64,000 bases of DNA from the human T2T-CHM13v2.0 reference genome, Homo sapiens, in NCBI RefSeq assembly GCF_009914755.1, contig NC_060930.1. One strand, given 5' to 3'. The notes below the pieces were generated by a model. That model did not search any database. It saw only the letters and a list, made by a program, of their open reading frames with translations, and was not told where the DNA came from. The position numbers and the translations under genes are program-made. Within the stretch, counting starts at the first letter, position 1. The number at the start of each line of letters is the position of its first letter. This document shows positions 1-19,971 of this stretch, one piece after another.

Positions 1-727
1 TTTGTCTCTCATAAACAGGGAGAAGAGGAAACTTTCCACTTATTCACCATCATTCATTCCAACTGCTAAACAGATCCAGGCTCCTAACAGCTAATAAATG
101 AAACTGAGAGGTTTGAGAAGACAATAAGTAAGTCTGCAGGACGCTGAGGGAGGTATTTCTGATTCCTAGCAACTGCAAACAGTGAATAGATAACCAAAGG
201 AGACCTCCTCAGTTAATAGCTTGGGCAATATCTGGTGTAGTCACTTAAGAGCATTGCGCTACGTCTCTGCCCCAAACATTTCCTCCCCTTTTGCTTTGCT
301 GAGGTGACAAAAAAACCTCTGCTTTAATCAAGGTTTTGGGTTCAGAGTAAAGGCTTTTATAAAATAAAAATATAAAATAATATAAAATAAAAATATTATA
401 TAACCCTGTAGTTATGCTGTGTAGTTATGCTGTGTAACTTCCTCAAGCCCTTTATCAGAGAAACCCAGCTTTACACAATGGTGATGAAAACACACTTGGA
501 GCCCAGGGGAGGATGTGTAATCTCTATTGTTTCTATGCGTCACCGCTCAGTTGGTGGAGAGAGACCATTTCATGGGTCTCTGACAGTCTTATTGCCCTGG
601 TTTTCTTTGATTTTTTTCTTTTCTACCCATCTCCTCTCTTTCTCTCCATGGTACTGGATCCTCTCCATTCATTCTTTGTGTCAAAGGTCAAGGAGACAAA
701 ACAAAACTTTGACTGGGAATTCTAGAC

Positions 728-1335
728 CAGTGCCGTCCATTAGAGTAGCCACTAGACACACATAGCTATCAAACATGTAAAATGTGACTAGTGTGACTGA
801 ATTTTAAATTCAGTTTAATTTTAATTAATTTAGATTTAAAAATTGAGGCTATTAAACACCACTAAACACAACTTTGTTATTTTGGTAGAACTACATTTCA
901 CTCCAGCCTTTGAAAATTTACCATGAGTTGAGATGTGCTAAGAATGTCAAATACACATGGGAGTTCAAATAGTTAGTATAAAAAATATATAAAATGTCTC
1001 GTTAATAATTTTTATATTGGCTGGGTATGGGTACCTCATTCCTATAATCCCAATACTTTGGGAGGCCAAGGTGGGAGGATCACTTGAGGCCAGGATTTAA
1101 GACCAGCCTGAGCAACAAAGCAAGACCTCCATCTCTACCAAAAATAGTAATAATTATATTTATTATGATAGATAATAATAACATTTATTATATTACTATG
1201 TTGAAATAAAAATTTTTGGATAATTAAAATAAATGATATATTATTAAAACTAATGTCACCTATTTCTTTTTATTATTTAATATGGCTATAAGAAAATATA
1301 AAATTCTATAGGTGGTTCTCATAATTCTAATATAT
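728..1335. mobile_element. hAT-Charlie DNA transposon relic (MER3/MER33-like) containing an Alu left-monomer insertion at ~1019-1145
   Basis: gtagccactag...aaatgtgactagtgtgactgaattttaaatt, MER33-like AT-rich arms, and ggctgggtatgg...ttgggaggccaaggtgggaggatcacttgagg. Confidence 0.65.
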
Positions 1336-2069
1336 TCAATGCCAAGAGGCTCCCCTCCTTCCACGGTGAGAAAAACAAGGGATGGGGAACAAGCCTCATC
1401 CTGAAGCCATCATCAGTTCCTATACCCAGCATCACTGAGCATACCAGATTAAGCTGTCTTCAGCAGGGTGGGGAACAAAGACTTTGGGCCAAGGGACTTT
1501 TGATGGTTGGGTTAGGAGAGAAAGAAGAGGAAGGTGTAGACAGGTAGGAGAATACCCCAAGGCCTGGAATATTTTCAGGATAGCTAGTTGGGTGCTAATT
1601 TAAGAGGGAGGGCCTTAGGCATGAATATCTTGGGTTCCTGGGAGGAATGCATATATTATAAATGAGAAAGAGGCAACTGAGCAGAAGATGGAAAAAATCC
1701 TAAAAAGAAGCTTTAGGATAGAGTGTAGGCAAGAATTCTTATGGAGGCATCAGTTTAAAATACATGACATTGTGATACTCCTTCTAATGTCAGATATCTT
1801 CTTCCAGATTCTATTCCTGGTCTTCTGTGGAGCAGGTTTGAAGGTTCTTCCATCGATGCCTCAGCTGTGTGCCAATGACCCTATTTCCTTTATGCCTATT
1901 GCAATGTCCTTTTTAAGAGACAGTTGACTAAGTGGAGAACAAACAATTTCCCTGCAGTGTTCTAAAGTCCAAAAATGTAGAATTTCAGTGGTCATTTATA
2001 TCGTTTAAACTGTACCCATTGGTACAGTTTTAGACATTTATTGCATCCTGATTTTAAAGGGGTGGGGAA

Positions 2070-2106
2070 AGAGAGAGAGAGAGAGAGACAGAGAGAGAGA
2101 GAGAGA
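2070..2106. repeat. (GA)n microsatellite
   Basis: Directly visible, with one interruption. Confidence 0.95.
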
Positions 2107-2235
2107 TTATGTGCCTTGCCCAGGATCAGTCACTACTCAGGATCAGCTGAAGCCCCTAGAAACAGAACTGGACAGGGACTCAGAACAGGCTCCTGAATCC
2201 TAATTGACGTCTATCACGAACATATCACTTATACC

Positions 2236-3715
<1,480 letters not shown>

Positions 3716-4239
3716 GTGGTATCACACTAATTATAACTTGTACTTGCAATTTGGGCTCTCTGCAGAGCCCAGTAGATTCTGGGCTGCCTTGTAGGCCGCC
3801 CTTGTGTGCCAGTGGTCTGGTGAAGATTACTGTGTATTTAATTCGGTACACTTGAATTTTAAATGTGTTCTGGTCACAAAGAAAACATCCTTTGGAAGAT
3901 TTTTTAGAGGATGAAAATGATAGTAGAAATTCTGAATTAATAAGCTTTGGGGTAAGAAAGTAATTTCAAAGAATATTATTTATCCTTTATTTTAGAAGTT
4001 TCCTGGCCTGACCATCAAGCAATATTTCATGAGAAAAGGAAGGAATTTGGTTGATGCCAGCTATATTAAAACTAAATAAATTAAAATTAAATGTTATTTA
4101 TAAATGTTTCAAAATTATCATTGAATAAATAGCTTGACTTGGTGATTACAAATCAAGGGTAGCGTCAGAAGGCTAAAGCTATAAGCCAAGCTAATACATG
4201 AGAAAAATCAAATCATATTTTTTTAGAAATATGGAATTA

Positions 4240-4245
4240 TTTATT
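4240..4245 (-). terminator. Candidate TRAPPC3L polyadenylation signal AATAAA
   Basis: tttatt on plus, ~445 nt downstream of the TRAPPC3L stop codon. Confidence 0.55.
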
Positions 4246-4688
4246 TAAGGAATGCAATATACAGTATCTAGAAACTACTGTCTATATATAGGAAACTCTA
4301 TGCTATATCATTTCATTCTTTTTTTTTCAGCAAAGAGACAAATACACAACTGTTTGTATTTGTGCTGCTTTTTTTTCCCATTACCATACGTGAATGGAAT
4401 GAACAGCTTCTCTGAGGATGGATAGTGTAAGATGTGGAATTCCTGCCTGCTATCTTGTAAGGAGCTATTTGCATATGAAATTTTGTGGACATGAGATTGA
4501 AAATGCGTGATTTATAAGCAAAAGGAAAAAAAAACCTTTAAGCCTTCATGCCCTGCATTTCAAATTTCTGGCTGATTTATAAACCTTTCAAAGCTCATGC
4601 TATGAAGCAATTCAAAATTTCTATGTCTATACATGTTTAGCTAACATTAACTCAGCTAGCCGCCCCGTGGCATTTTCCGTGCTAGTCT

Positions 4689-4808
<120 letters not shown>

Positions 4809-7692
4809 CTAGGAAAGAAGAAAAAAACAGGCCTGTGTCATTCAATTAAAAAACAAAAAACTAAATTTTCTCAGTCTTTTTTCAGCTTTCTTTACTTTCC
4901 TTAAGAAATGATTTTTAAAAAAGCTTGTTCGTGGATAAAGGGCCCTTTACTGAGTGTCCTCCGGAGATGGTCCAGCTGTGTGTCAGCTCTGTGGTGTGAA
5001 TCTGCAAAGAGGAGGGTGGTCCAGGCCAACTAGGATGACTGGGACACCCAGCCTCTGCCAAGCTTAGCTCAATGTGCAAGGCTGAACTCTGGATCCATCT
5101 TCAGAAGAACACAAATTCCCAGCTCGGGGATAGCCTTGACCCACTGTGCTTAGCCAGCAGAATTTCCAAGAATAAATGGATTCTTAAATGATTGCTCTCA
5201 AACAGATTTGCCATAAATCATTCTGTCATTAGCTGAATAACATAATCACTTATCCTAACAACATTTAGCAGTCACTTATGGCTTTGAGAGCTTTGAGAAT
5301 AATATCAATTAAATGAATTATAGATATAAAATTAAAGATTGAATTTACAGACATGAATATTTGATACTCAGGCCTTCTTTTTCTCTGTAAGGTATTTCCC
5401 ATTTCCCAGGCACTGAAGTAAGCAGGGCTTACTTCTTTATTCATTAAAATGTGTCCACATAAGAGCAGCATGATATTGCTGACCTACCCCCAATAGTGTA
5501 TTTGTTCAGAGTTATTTTGATTTATTGGGAAAAATAAGATAAATAAGTAAAAGCACCTAGTAAAAGCAAATAATATGTGAAAAATGCCCACGTGTAGCAG
5601 GCAATTAATTGATGTTTATTGAATCTTACCTAACTCAGTCCCCTCTCTCACTAAGAATTCCTTAGCTAGCCAGCCTCAATTTGTTAAACCATTAGTGTAC
5701 CAAATTATCTGGCTCATACTGGGCCCGGCCTTGCAATGCCTACCATTTAACAGAGGATGTAGATTGCACTTGGAAATACAGAAGCAACATTCATCCTCAA
5801 CTTTTTCTTCCATAAGACTTTTTAAGTCTTTGTCAAAATTTAACAGAACATAAATTAAATTAACAGGGAGACAATGTTGAAGCTATTTGGATATTTGGGG
5901 ACACATGAGGTCTGATACCAGCTGTCATTCAGCAAATATAATCAACTGCTATTTATGAGAGTGGAAGACATTCTTATCCTATTATTGGCTTGGTTTTATG
6001 GTTTTTCCCTTTGCCCATAAACACTTATAATGCTTTCCCACCTCTTCCTTGATCTCATGGCCACCGACTACAGGACAAGTCTAAAAAGATGCTAGGGTAG
6101 ACGCATGGAGAATCTGTGTGAACAATACATTATTTCTATTGTTTTATGCTTTTGGATTACTTGTTATTCTATTTTCCCCTAATTATCACAAATAACTTAA
6201 AATTACATGCATGCCTCATTATTAGGTAGCTCAATACATGGCAAGACTTTGGTTGCTATCTGGTTCCACCATTCTTAATAGCTAAGCTTCTGGGAAAATG
6301 AGACTTTGTTGACTGTTACCTCTTCTTAAGCTGTTGTTGGCTCACCAATCTATGACAGATTGTCTTCTTTTCCTCCACTTTCCCAAAGGAGCTTTTACCA
6401 AGGCCCTTCTGGGTCTTTTGGTTCCTAAATGTTGTGAATATTTTTCAGGTCCGGTTTAACTTAGACTCTTTGCTGTACTTGTTCTTATTAATCAGTCTGT
6501 CCTCTTGAAATGATCTCCTCTCTTGTTTCTATGACTCCTTCTTTTCCTACCTCTGATTTCTTTTTCTTGGTATCCTTTTCAGCCTTTGTGCCCTCTGTTT
6601 AACCTACTTATTATATTTTATTGCTTCCTACGGTTCTGTTACTCCCTTTTATTCTTGCTCTACAGACTCTGCCTAGGCATTCTTTTCCTATTCTAATGCT
6701 TCTTCAATCCATGTCTCTCTGTGATCTCCAGACAGGGATAAACAACTGCTTGCTGGATAGCCTCACTTGCATGTGTTAAACACCTCAACTCCAGCAGGCT
6801 CAAAATCGAACTCCTCACTTTGTCTCTACCAAGCCCAGATGTACTCCTCTTGGTTTTGTTCCTCTTGGTTTAATAGTACAACCATCTCTACAGGTTTCTC
6901 AGAAACTTACAAATCATTCTTGAATCTTTTTCTCAATTTCATTCCTTTCAGCCAGTTCATAACCTAGTCCATAACCTGTTCCATCTTTTTGATGTTGTTC
7001 AAATGGTCTTCCTCTCCCCATTCCTGCAGTCAGGGTTTTGTTCTCGTTTTACCTGAGGTTACCATCATAACTTCCAAAGTGCCCTAATCCTTTCCTTCAG
7101 CATTGTTCCCTCTGATATACTTTCATTTGGTTGATAAAGAAATGAAATTCCTAAAACACAAATTTCAAAATATTATTCTACTGTTTATAAACCTATATTG
7201 ATTTCTGTTGCTTTCAATATAAAAATCTGAATTTCCAAGCTTGTCATATGAATCCCTTTTCTTAAAATCAGGCTTCTGTAAAGAATTTAAGCCTCCTTTC
7301 TCATGACAATCTGTCTCCCAATTTATATGTCAGTCATACTGAACTAATTCAAGTTCTTTGTTCCTTGAGTGAAACACTCTTTTTGTACCTTTGGACATGC
7401 TGATTCTTCTACCTGTTAGATTATTTTTCTCCTGCTCCTCTTACCCAAGGCTTTTATCTAACTCCTATTTTTCCTTCAAAAGCCAGTTTAGAGTTTCCTT
7501 AGGAAGTCTACAAGTTTTTCCTGCCACACGTCCTCTCATAGCCTTAATTATACTTCTTTGTACATCTGACTTTTCCATTAGACAGAAGATTCTTTAAAGA
7601 CAGCAACTATGTCTTGTTCATCTGTGTATACTCAGTGCCTGACACTTAGCAGATACTAATAACTGTTTCAGTTAAACCAATGAATAATTCAG

Positions 7693-8122
7693 GTGTAAAA
7701 TCCAGCCTCCACAATGGTCAATGATCCCTGCCTCCTGTTATTCACACCCTCAGGTAGCACCCTCCTACATGGCACCAGGGTTGGCAGCATAAGTGGCCAT
7801 GTTGTGATTAGATCTACAAAGAGGTCCATGTGGCCAGGAACTTCATGAAGCTTCCTGCCAACTGCCAGCAAGGCACTGGGGCTGTGTGAGTGAGCTTGGA
7901 AGTAGATTCTCCAGCCTCAGTCAAGTCGCCAGAGGTTGCAGCCCTGGCCAGCAGCTTGACTGCATGTGTATTAAGCCATGAAAGACTCTGAATGACAACC
8001 ACTTAGCTAAGCTGCTCCCAGATTTCTGATCCTCAGAAACTGTGTGAGATAATAAACGTTTGTTTTTTTAAGCTGCTACATTTTGGGGGTAATTTGTAAC
8101 ACACCATTAGATAACCAATATA
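7693..8122 (+). mobile_element. MLT1-family (MaLR) solo LTR
   Basis: Typical MLT1 3' end: cctcagaaactgtgtgagataataaacgtttgttttttaagctgcta...tagataaccaata. Confidence 0.75.
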
Positions 8123-8200
8123 CCCAGCAAAATGAATTATGTATATTGGTTATCTTATTTTAGCCTTAGAAGGACTAAGAGATTCTTCATTCATTCTTCA

Positions 8201-8449
<249 letters not shown>

Positions 8450-8597
8450 CTATGAGCAGACTAAACAAATACCCAGTTCTAGGCATTGCAGCACAATGGT
8501 TAAGCACATGGAGTCTATAGTCAGGAAGTCCGGCTTCACCCTTAGCTTTGCAATTTATTGATCCTATGATGTGAAATTTTTAAATATTTTTACTTGT

Positions 8598-14775
<6,178 letters not shown>

Positions 14776-15094
14776 ACTATTTTTAATGTATAGAATATTG
14801 TAAGAGGATAATTTTCTGTGGAGATAATATGGTTTGTAAAAAATTAAATCATTATTTTCAAAATCTTTTTAAAAGATATATATCCTTTAGGGGAGTAAGA
14901 AATTAAAATATTATTAATCATCAACATATCAGCTGATATTTGTCACACTGATACTAGCAAAGTATAAAACCCTGGACTAGAAGGGACCCAGGACACATTT
15001 GCCACAACAGTGTGGTGACAGTCAAAGCAGAGGATGCTAGGGGCAGATTAGACCCAAGAATACATTTTGGGAAGTGAAGGGAAAAATTTTGGAG

Positions 15095-15457
15095 TAGCTG
15101 GCCATTATCTGTGGTCTCAGTTACCTGTGGTCAAGATAATTTGAAAATGTTAGATAGAAAATTCTAGAAGTATATAATTCATAAGTTTAAAATTGTGCTT
15201 CTGAGCAGTGTGATGAAACCTCTCACTGTCCGTACTCCATACTGCCCAGAACGTGAATCATCCCTTTGTTCAGTGTATTACACACTGTTTATGCTATGAC
15301 CTGCCCATGGGTCACTTGTTAACTGCCTCAGTTGGCAGATTTAAAAAAAACATAATATATACGGGTTTGGTACTGTCTGCAGTTTGGGGGTCTTGGTTGC
15401 AGGTATCCCCTGTGGGTCTTGGTTGCAGGTATCCCCTGTGGGTAACAGGGGACTACA
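15095..15457. mobile_element. MER44-like Tigger DNA transposon relic
   Basis: cagttacctgtggtcaa...ttcataagtttaaaattgtg...gtgaatcatccctttgt...ggggactac. Confidence 0.7.
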
Positions 15458-16454
15458 CTACTATCAAAGACAAGTCTCTAAGGAACAAGTGGTAGTGGTG
15501 GGAGGCGCATAAATGAATTATAAAGTAACTTCGCAAAAACATCTGCTGTTTTACAGTGCTTGAAGAATTTTACAATGTGGAAATGGAAGAAATCTTGCAG
15601 ACTGTGTCTTTTAAGGCCTTAGTTTCAAAAATAAGTAAACTGGTGTTCAGAGAAGTCAAATGACACTGCCAAGACCATGCTATAACTTAATTCCTTGGCT
15701 CCTAGTCCAAGGCAATTTCTTTTCACAAAATACACAGGCCTGGACTTTGAAGTTTATTAATGAAATTTTGTCAGCTTGATATGTTGCCATCTTTCAAGTG
15801 CAGAAATTAATTAATTTTTAAAATTAAGAGCTGTGTAGGAGAGAAATGGAAGCAATTTTCTTAAATTACTTATAATCAGAAGGACTAGGAGATTCCTTAT
15901 TCATTCTTCATTTATTCAACAGAAATTTCTTGAGCACTGCCAGTCTGGCACAGTACCTGGCACACAGTGGGAGTTCAATAGCCATTTGCAAGACAAATTA
16001 TAGAATGGGCATCTATTGACTGAATGTTTGCCAGGTAGACAAGACTAGGGGTCTGGAGGTAAGTGACAAAGACATTCTAGGTAGTGGGAACATGTCATGA
16101 GCATAAAATACCATGATGGGGTTCAGGGAATCTCTACATCTATCAACTTGTGAGCAGTTGTGAGCCCCAAAGGTGTGAACTGGCTAATGCAGAATTCAAT
16201 TTCAGTTTTAGAAGGATCCTTTTCTTGTCAGCATAGAGAATGGATTTAGGGTTATGGATGGGAGTGAGCATGAGGTCAAGGGCTGAGATACTAATCAAAA
16301 GGTTACTATTATAGTAAGCCTAGGAAAGAAATGATGAGGACTCTTCTCATTTTGACTTTCCTTCAAAACTCAAACTCTCCCTAAACTTTCCCATGTAAAA
16401 TGCACATATCCCAAATCCTAAAATTTGATCTCTAACACTAGCCAGTTTAGGAAG

Positions 16455-18968
16455 ATAAAAAATGAAAGGGGGAAAGTTGAAGGCATTTCCCCTAAGAAGT
16501 GGAACAAGACAGGGATGCCTACTTTCACCACTTCTATTCAACACAGTGCTATTAATAGAAATCCCATCCATAGCAATCAGGCAAGAGAAAGAAATAAAGG
16601 GCATCCAAATTAGAAAAGAGGAAGTCAAACTATCTCCATTTGTCAGGATAATCATATATCTAGAAAAACCTAAAGACTCCTCCAAAAGACTACTAGATTT
16701 GATAAATGAATTTAGTAAAGTCTTAGTTTACAAAACTAATGTACCCAAATCAGTAGCCCTGCTATACACCAACAACAACCAAGCTGAGAGCCAAATCAAG
16801 AACTCAATCCCTTTTATAAGAGTTGTAAAAAAAAAAAAAAAAAAAAACCCACCGATGAATATACTTAATCGAAGAGGTGGAAGATCTCTATAAGGAGAAC
16901 TATAAAATGCAGCTGAAAGAAGTCATAGATGACACAAACACAGGGAAATATATGCCATGCTCCTGGATTGGAAGAATCAATATTGTGAAAATAACCATAC
17001 TTCCCAAAGCAATCTACAGATTCAGTGCAATTCCTATCAAAATACCAACATAATTTTTCACAGAATTAGAAAAAACAATCCTAAAATTTATATGGAACCA
17101 AAAAAAGAGCCCCAACAGCCAAAGCAATACTAAGTAAAAAGAATAAATCTGGAGGCATCACATTACCTGACTTCAAATTATACTACAAAGGTATAGTTAT
17201 CAAAACAGCATAGCACTGGTACAAAAGTAGATACATAGACCAATGGAACAGAATAGAGAACTCAGAACCAATTGATCTTTGACAAAGCATACAAAAACAT
17301 AAACTGGGGAAAGGACACTGTATCCATTAAAAGGTGCTTGGAAAACAGGATAGCAACATGTACAGGAATGAAACTGGATCCCTGTCACTCACCATATACA
17401 AAAATAAACTCAAGATGGATCAAACGCTTATATCTAAGATGTGAAACCATAAAATTTCTAGAAGAAAACGTAATAAAAACTCTTCTGGACATTGGCCTAG
17501 GCAAGGAATTTATGACTAAGACCCAAAAAGCAAATGCAACAAAACCAAAAATAAATAAATGGGACCTAATTAAACTAAAAAGCTTCTGCACAGCAAAAGA
17601 AATAAACATCAGAGTAAACAGGCAACCCACAAAATGGGAGAAGATATTTGTAAACTATGCATCTGACAAAGGACTAATATCCAGTATCTATAAGGAACTC
17701 AAACAAATCAGCAAGAAGAAAACAAATAATCCCATCAAAAAGTGAGCAAATGACATCAATAGACATTTCTCAAAAGAAGATATACAAATGGACAACAAAC
17801 ATATGAAAAAATGCTCAACATACTAATCATTAGGGAAATGTAAACTAAAACCACAATGAGATACCACCTTATTCCAGTAATAATGGCTATTACTAAAAAG
17901 GCAATAACAATAGATATTGGTATGAATTTTGTGAAAACAGAATGCTTGTAGAATGCTGGTAGGAATGTAAATTAGTACAACCTCTATAAAAAACAGTATG
18001 GAGATTTCTTTCTTTCCTTCTATGTATTTATTTATGAGACAGGGTCTTGCTCTGTCACCCAGACTGGAATGCAGTGGCATGATTTGGCTCACCACAACCT
18101 CAGCCTCCTGGGCTCAAGCGATCCTCCCATCTCTGCCTCCTGAGTAGCTGGGACTACAGGTGCATGCCACCGAGCCTGGCTAATTTTTTTTTGGTATTTT
18201 TTTGTAGAGAGGGAGATTCACCATGTTGCCTAGGCTGGTCTCGTACTCCTTGGCTCAAGCAATCCACCTGCCTCGACCTCCCAAAATGCTAGGATTACAG
18301 ACATGAACCACGGCACCTTTCTTTCATTCTTAAAGAAAGAACTTTAAGTACTAAAAGTAGATCTACTATTCAGTCCAGCAATCCCACTACTGGGTATCTA
18401 TCCAAAGAAAAAGAAGTCATTATATATTAAAAAAAAACACCTGCACATGTATATTTATTGCAACACAATTCACAATTGCAAAGATATGAAACCAATCTAA
18501 GTACCCATCAACTGATGAATAGATAAAGAAACTGTGGTGTATATATACCATGGAATACTACTCAGTCATAAAAAAGAATGAAATAATGTCTTTTGCAGCA
18601 ACTTGATGGAGCTAGAGGCGTTATTCCAAGCGAAGTAACTCGGAAATAGAAAACCAAAAACTGTAGTTCTCACTTATAAGTGGAAATTAAGCTATGGGTA
18701 CGTAAAGGCATATGGAGTGGTATAATGGACTTTGGAGACTCAGAAAGAGGGAGAGTGGGAAGGGGGTGAGGGATAAAAAAATACATATTGGGTACACATA
18801 CATATCCGGTGATGGGTGCACTAAAATCTCATATATATATGTATATATATATATATGTATATTTATATGTATATTTCATCCATGTAACCAAAACCCACTT
18901 GTGCTCCAAAAGCTATTGATATATATATATATATATAATTTTCATATGTTTTTATATATATGAAAAAA
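16455..18968 (+). mobile_element. 5'-truncated older LINE-1 (L1PB4-like 3' end), interrupted by an Alu
   Basis: Degenerate ORF2 RT/C-terminal fragments (GTRQGC; [11 protein letters not shown]) and an L1PB-type 3'UTR (agctatgggtac...catgtaaccaaaacccacttgt). Confidence 0.88.
18021..18317 (-). mobile_element. Alu (AluJ-like) nested in L1PB
   Basis: Reverse Alu dimer gagacagggtcttgctctgtcaccc...ggattacag, with AluJ-type cctgggctcaagcgatcctccc. Confidence 0.9.
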
Positions 18969-19431
18969 GACAGCAAATCCCTGTCTTCCAAATCTCAAGT
19001 CATAGGAAGAGAAAAACATTCATAAAATTCTAGGTTTGGAGATTTGATTTGTCGGCTGAAACCTCTTTCTGTTAATGTTGATTCCTTACACTGGAAAATT
19101 CCTAGACTATTATTTGTATGAGTGAGAATTTCTTTTCTGATTTTCAATCCAAACCACATGGAAAGAAGGTTAAAATGGAGCCCGTGCACTTTGAATTTAT
19201 TCTCAGCATTTAGGCTGCAGTATCACAGCCCAATTTCCACCAGTAGGAGGCATTATCTAAACATGTTGAGAAATATTCATTCCTAAGGAATGACATTGTT
19301 TCCTTATCTGGCTCAATTCAGTCTGAGAAGGACTGTTGTTTCTGATGAAGAAAGAGCTCCACCCTCGGCCACTGCCACAGCTGCTCTGCCAATAACAAAG
19401 GCACAGCATTTTCCCTCTGTGCATCTCCAAC

Positions 19432-19971
19432 ATGGATGCTTTTCAGGGCATTTTAAAATTCTTCCTTAATCAGAAAACTGTTATTGGCTACAGCTTCATG
19501 GCTCTGCTGACCGTGGGAAGTGAGCGTCTCTTTTCTGTTGTGGCTTTTAAGTGCCCCTGCAGCACTGAGAATATGACCTATGGGCTGGTTTTCCTCTTTG
19601 CTCCTGCCTGGGTGTTACTGATCCTGGGATTCTTTCTGAACAATAGGTCGTGGAGACTCTTCACAGGCTGCTGTGTGAATCCCAGGAAAATCTTTCCCAG
19701 AGGCCACAGCTGCCGTTTCTTCTACGTCCTCGGCCAGATCACTCTGAGCTCATTGGTGGCTCCAGTGATGTGGCTTTCTGTGGCTCTGCTCAATGGAACT
19801 TTCTATGAATGTGCCATGAGCGGGACGAGAAGTTCAGGACTCCTGGAACTGATTTGCAAGGGTAAGCCCAAAGAGTGCTGGGAAGAACTTCACAAAGTAT
19901 CTTGTGGCAAAACTAGCATGCTACCTACCGTCAATGAAGAACTGAAACTCTCCCTTCAGGCCCAGTCTCAG
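19432..19971 (+). CDS. CALHM5: CALHM5 (FAM26E) coding exon 1, residues 1-180
   Basis: ORF MDAFQGILKFF... with CALHM motifs FKCPC, YGLVFLFAPA, APVMWLSVALLNG, YECA and three hydrophobic segments. Ends QSQ at CAG|gtaaga. Confidence 0.96.

Noticed and set aside
407-436. 13-bp tandem duplication tgtagttatgctg, and ORFs at 427-765
   Set aside because: Ordinary slippage event. The ORFs have no recognisable homology or splice context.
5358-5378. Minus-strand RRPEYQI resembling TRAPPC3L exon 1 RRPEYHKI
   Set aside because: Codons differ at nearly every third position, and there is no matching ATG context or donor. Consistent with chance.
19240-19253. Second CTCF-like motif (ccagtaggaggcat) upstream of CALHM5
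   Set aside because: Mismatches in the core make it too weak without ChIP data.
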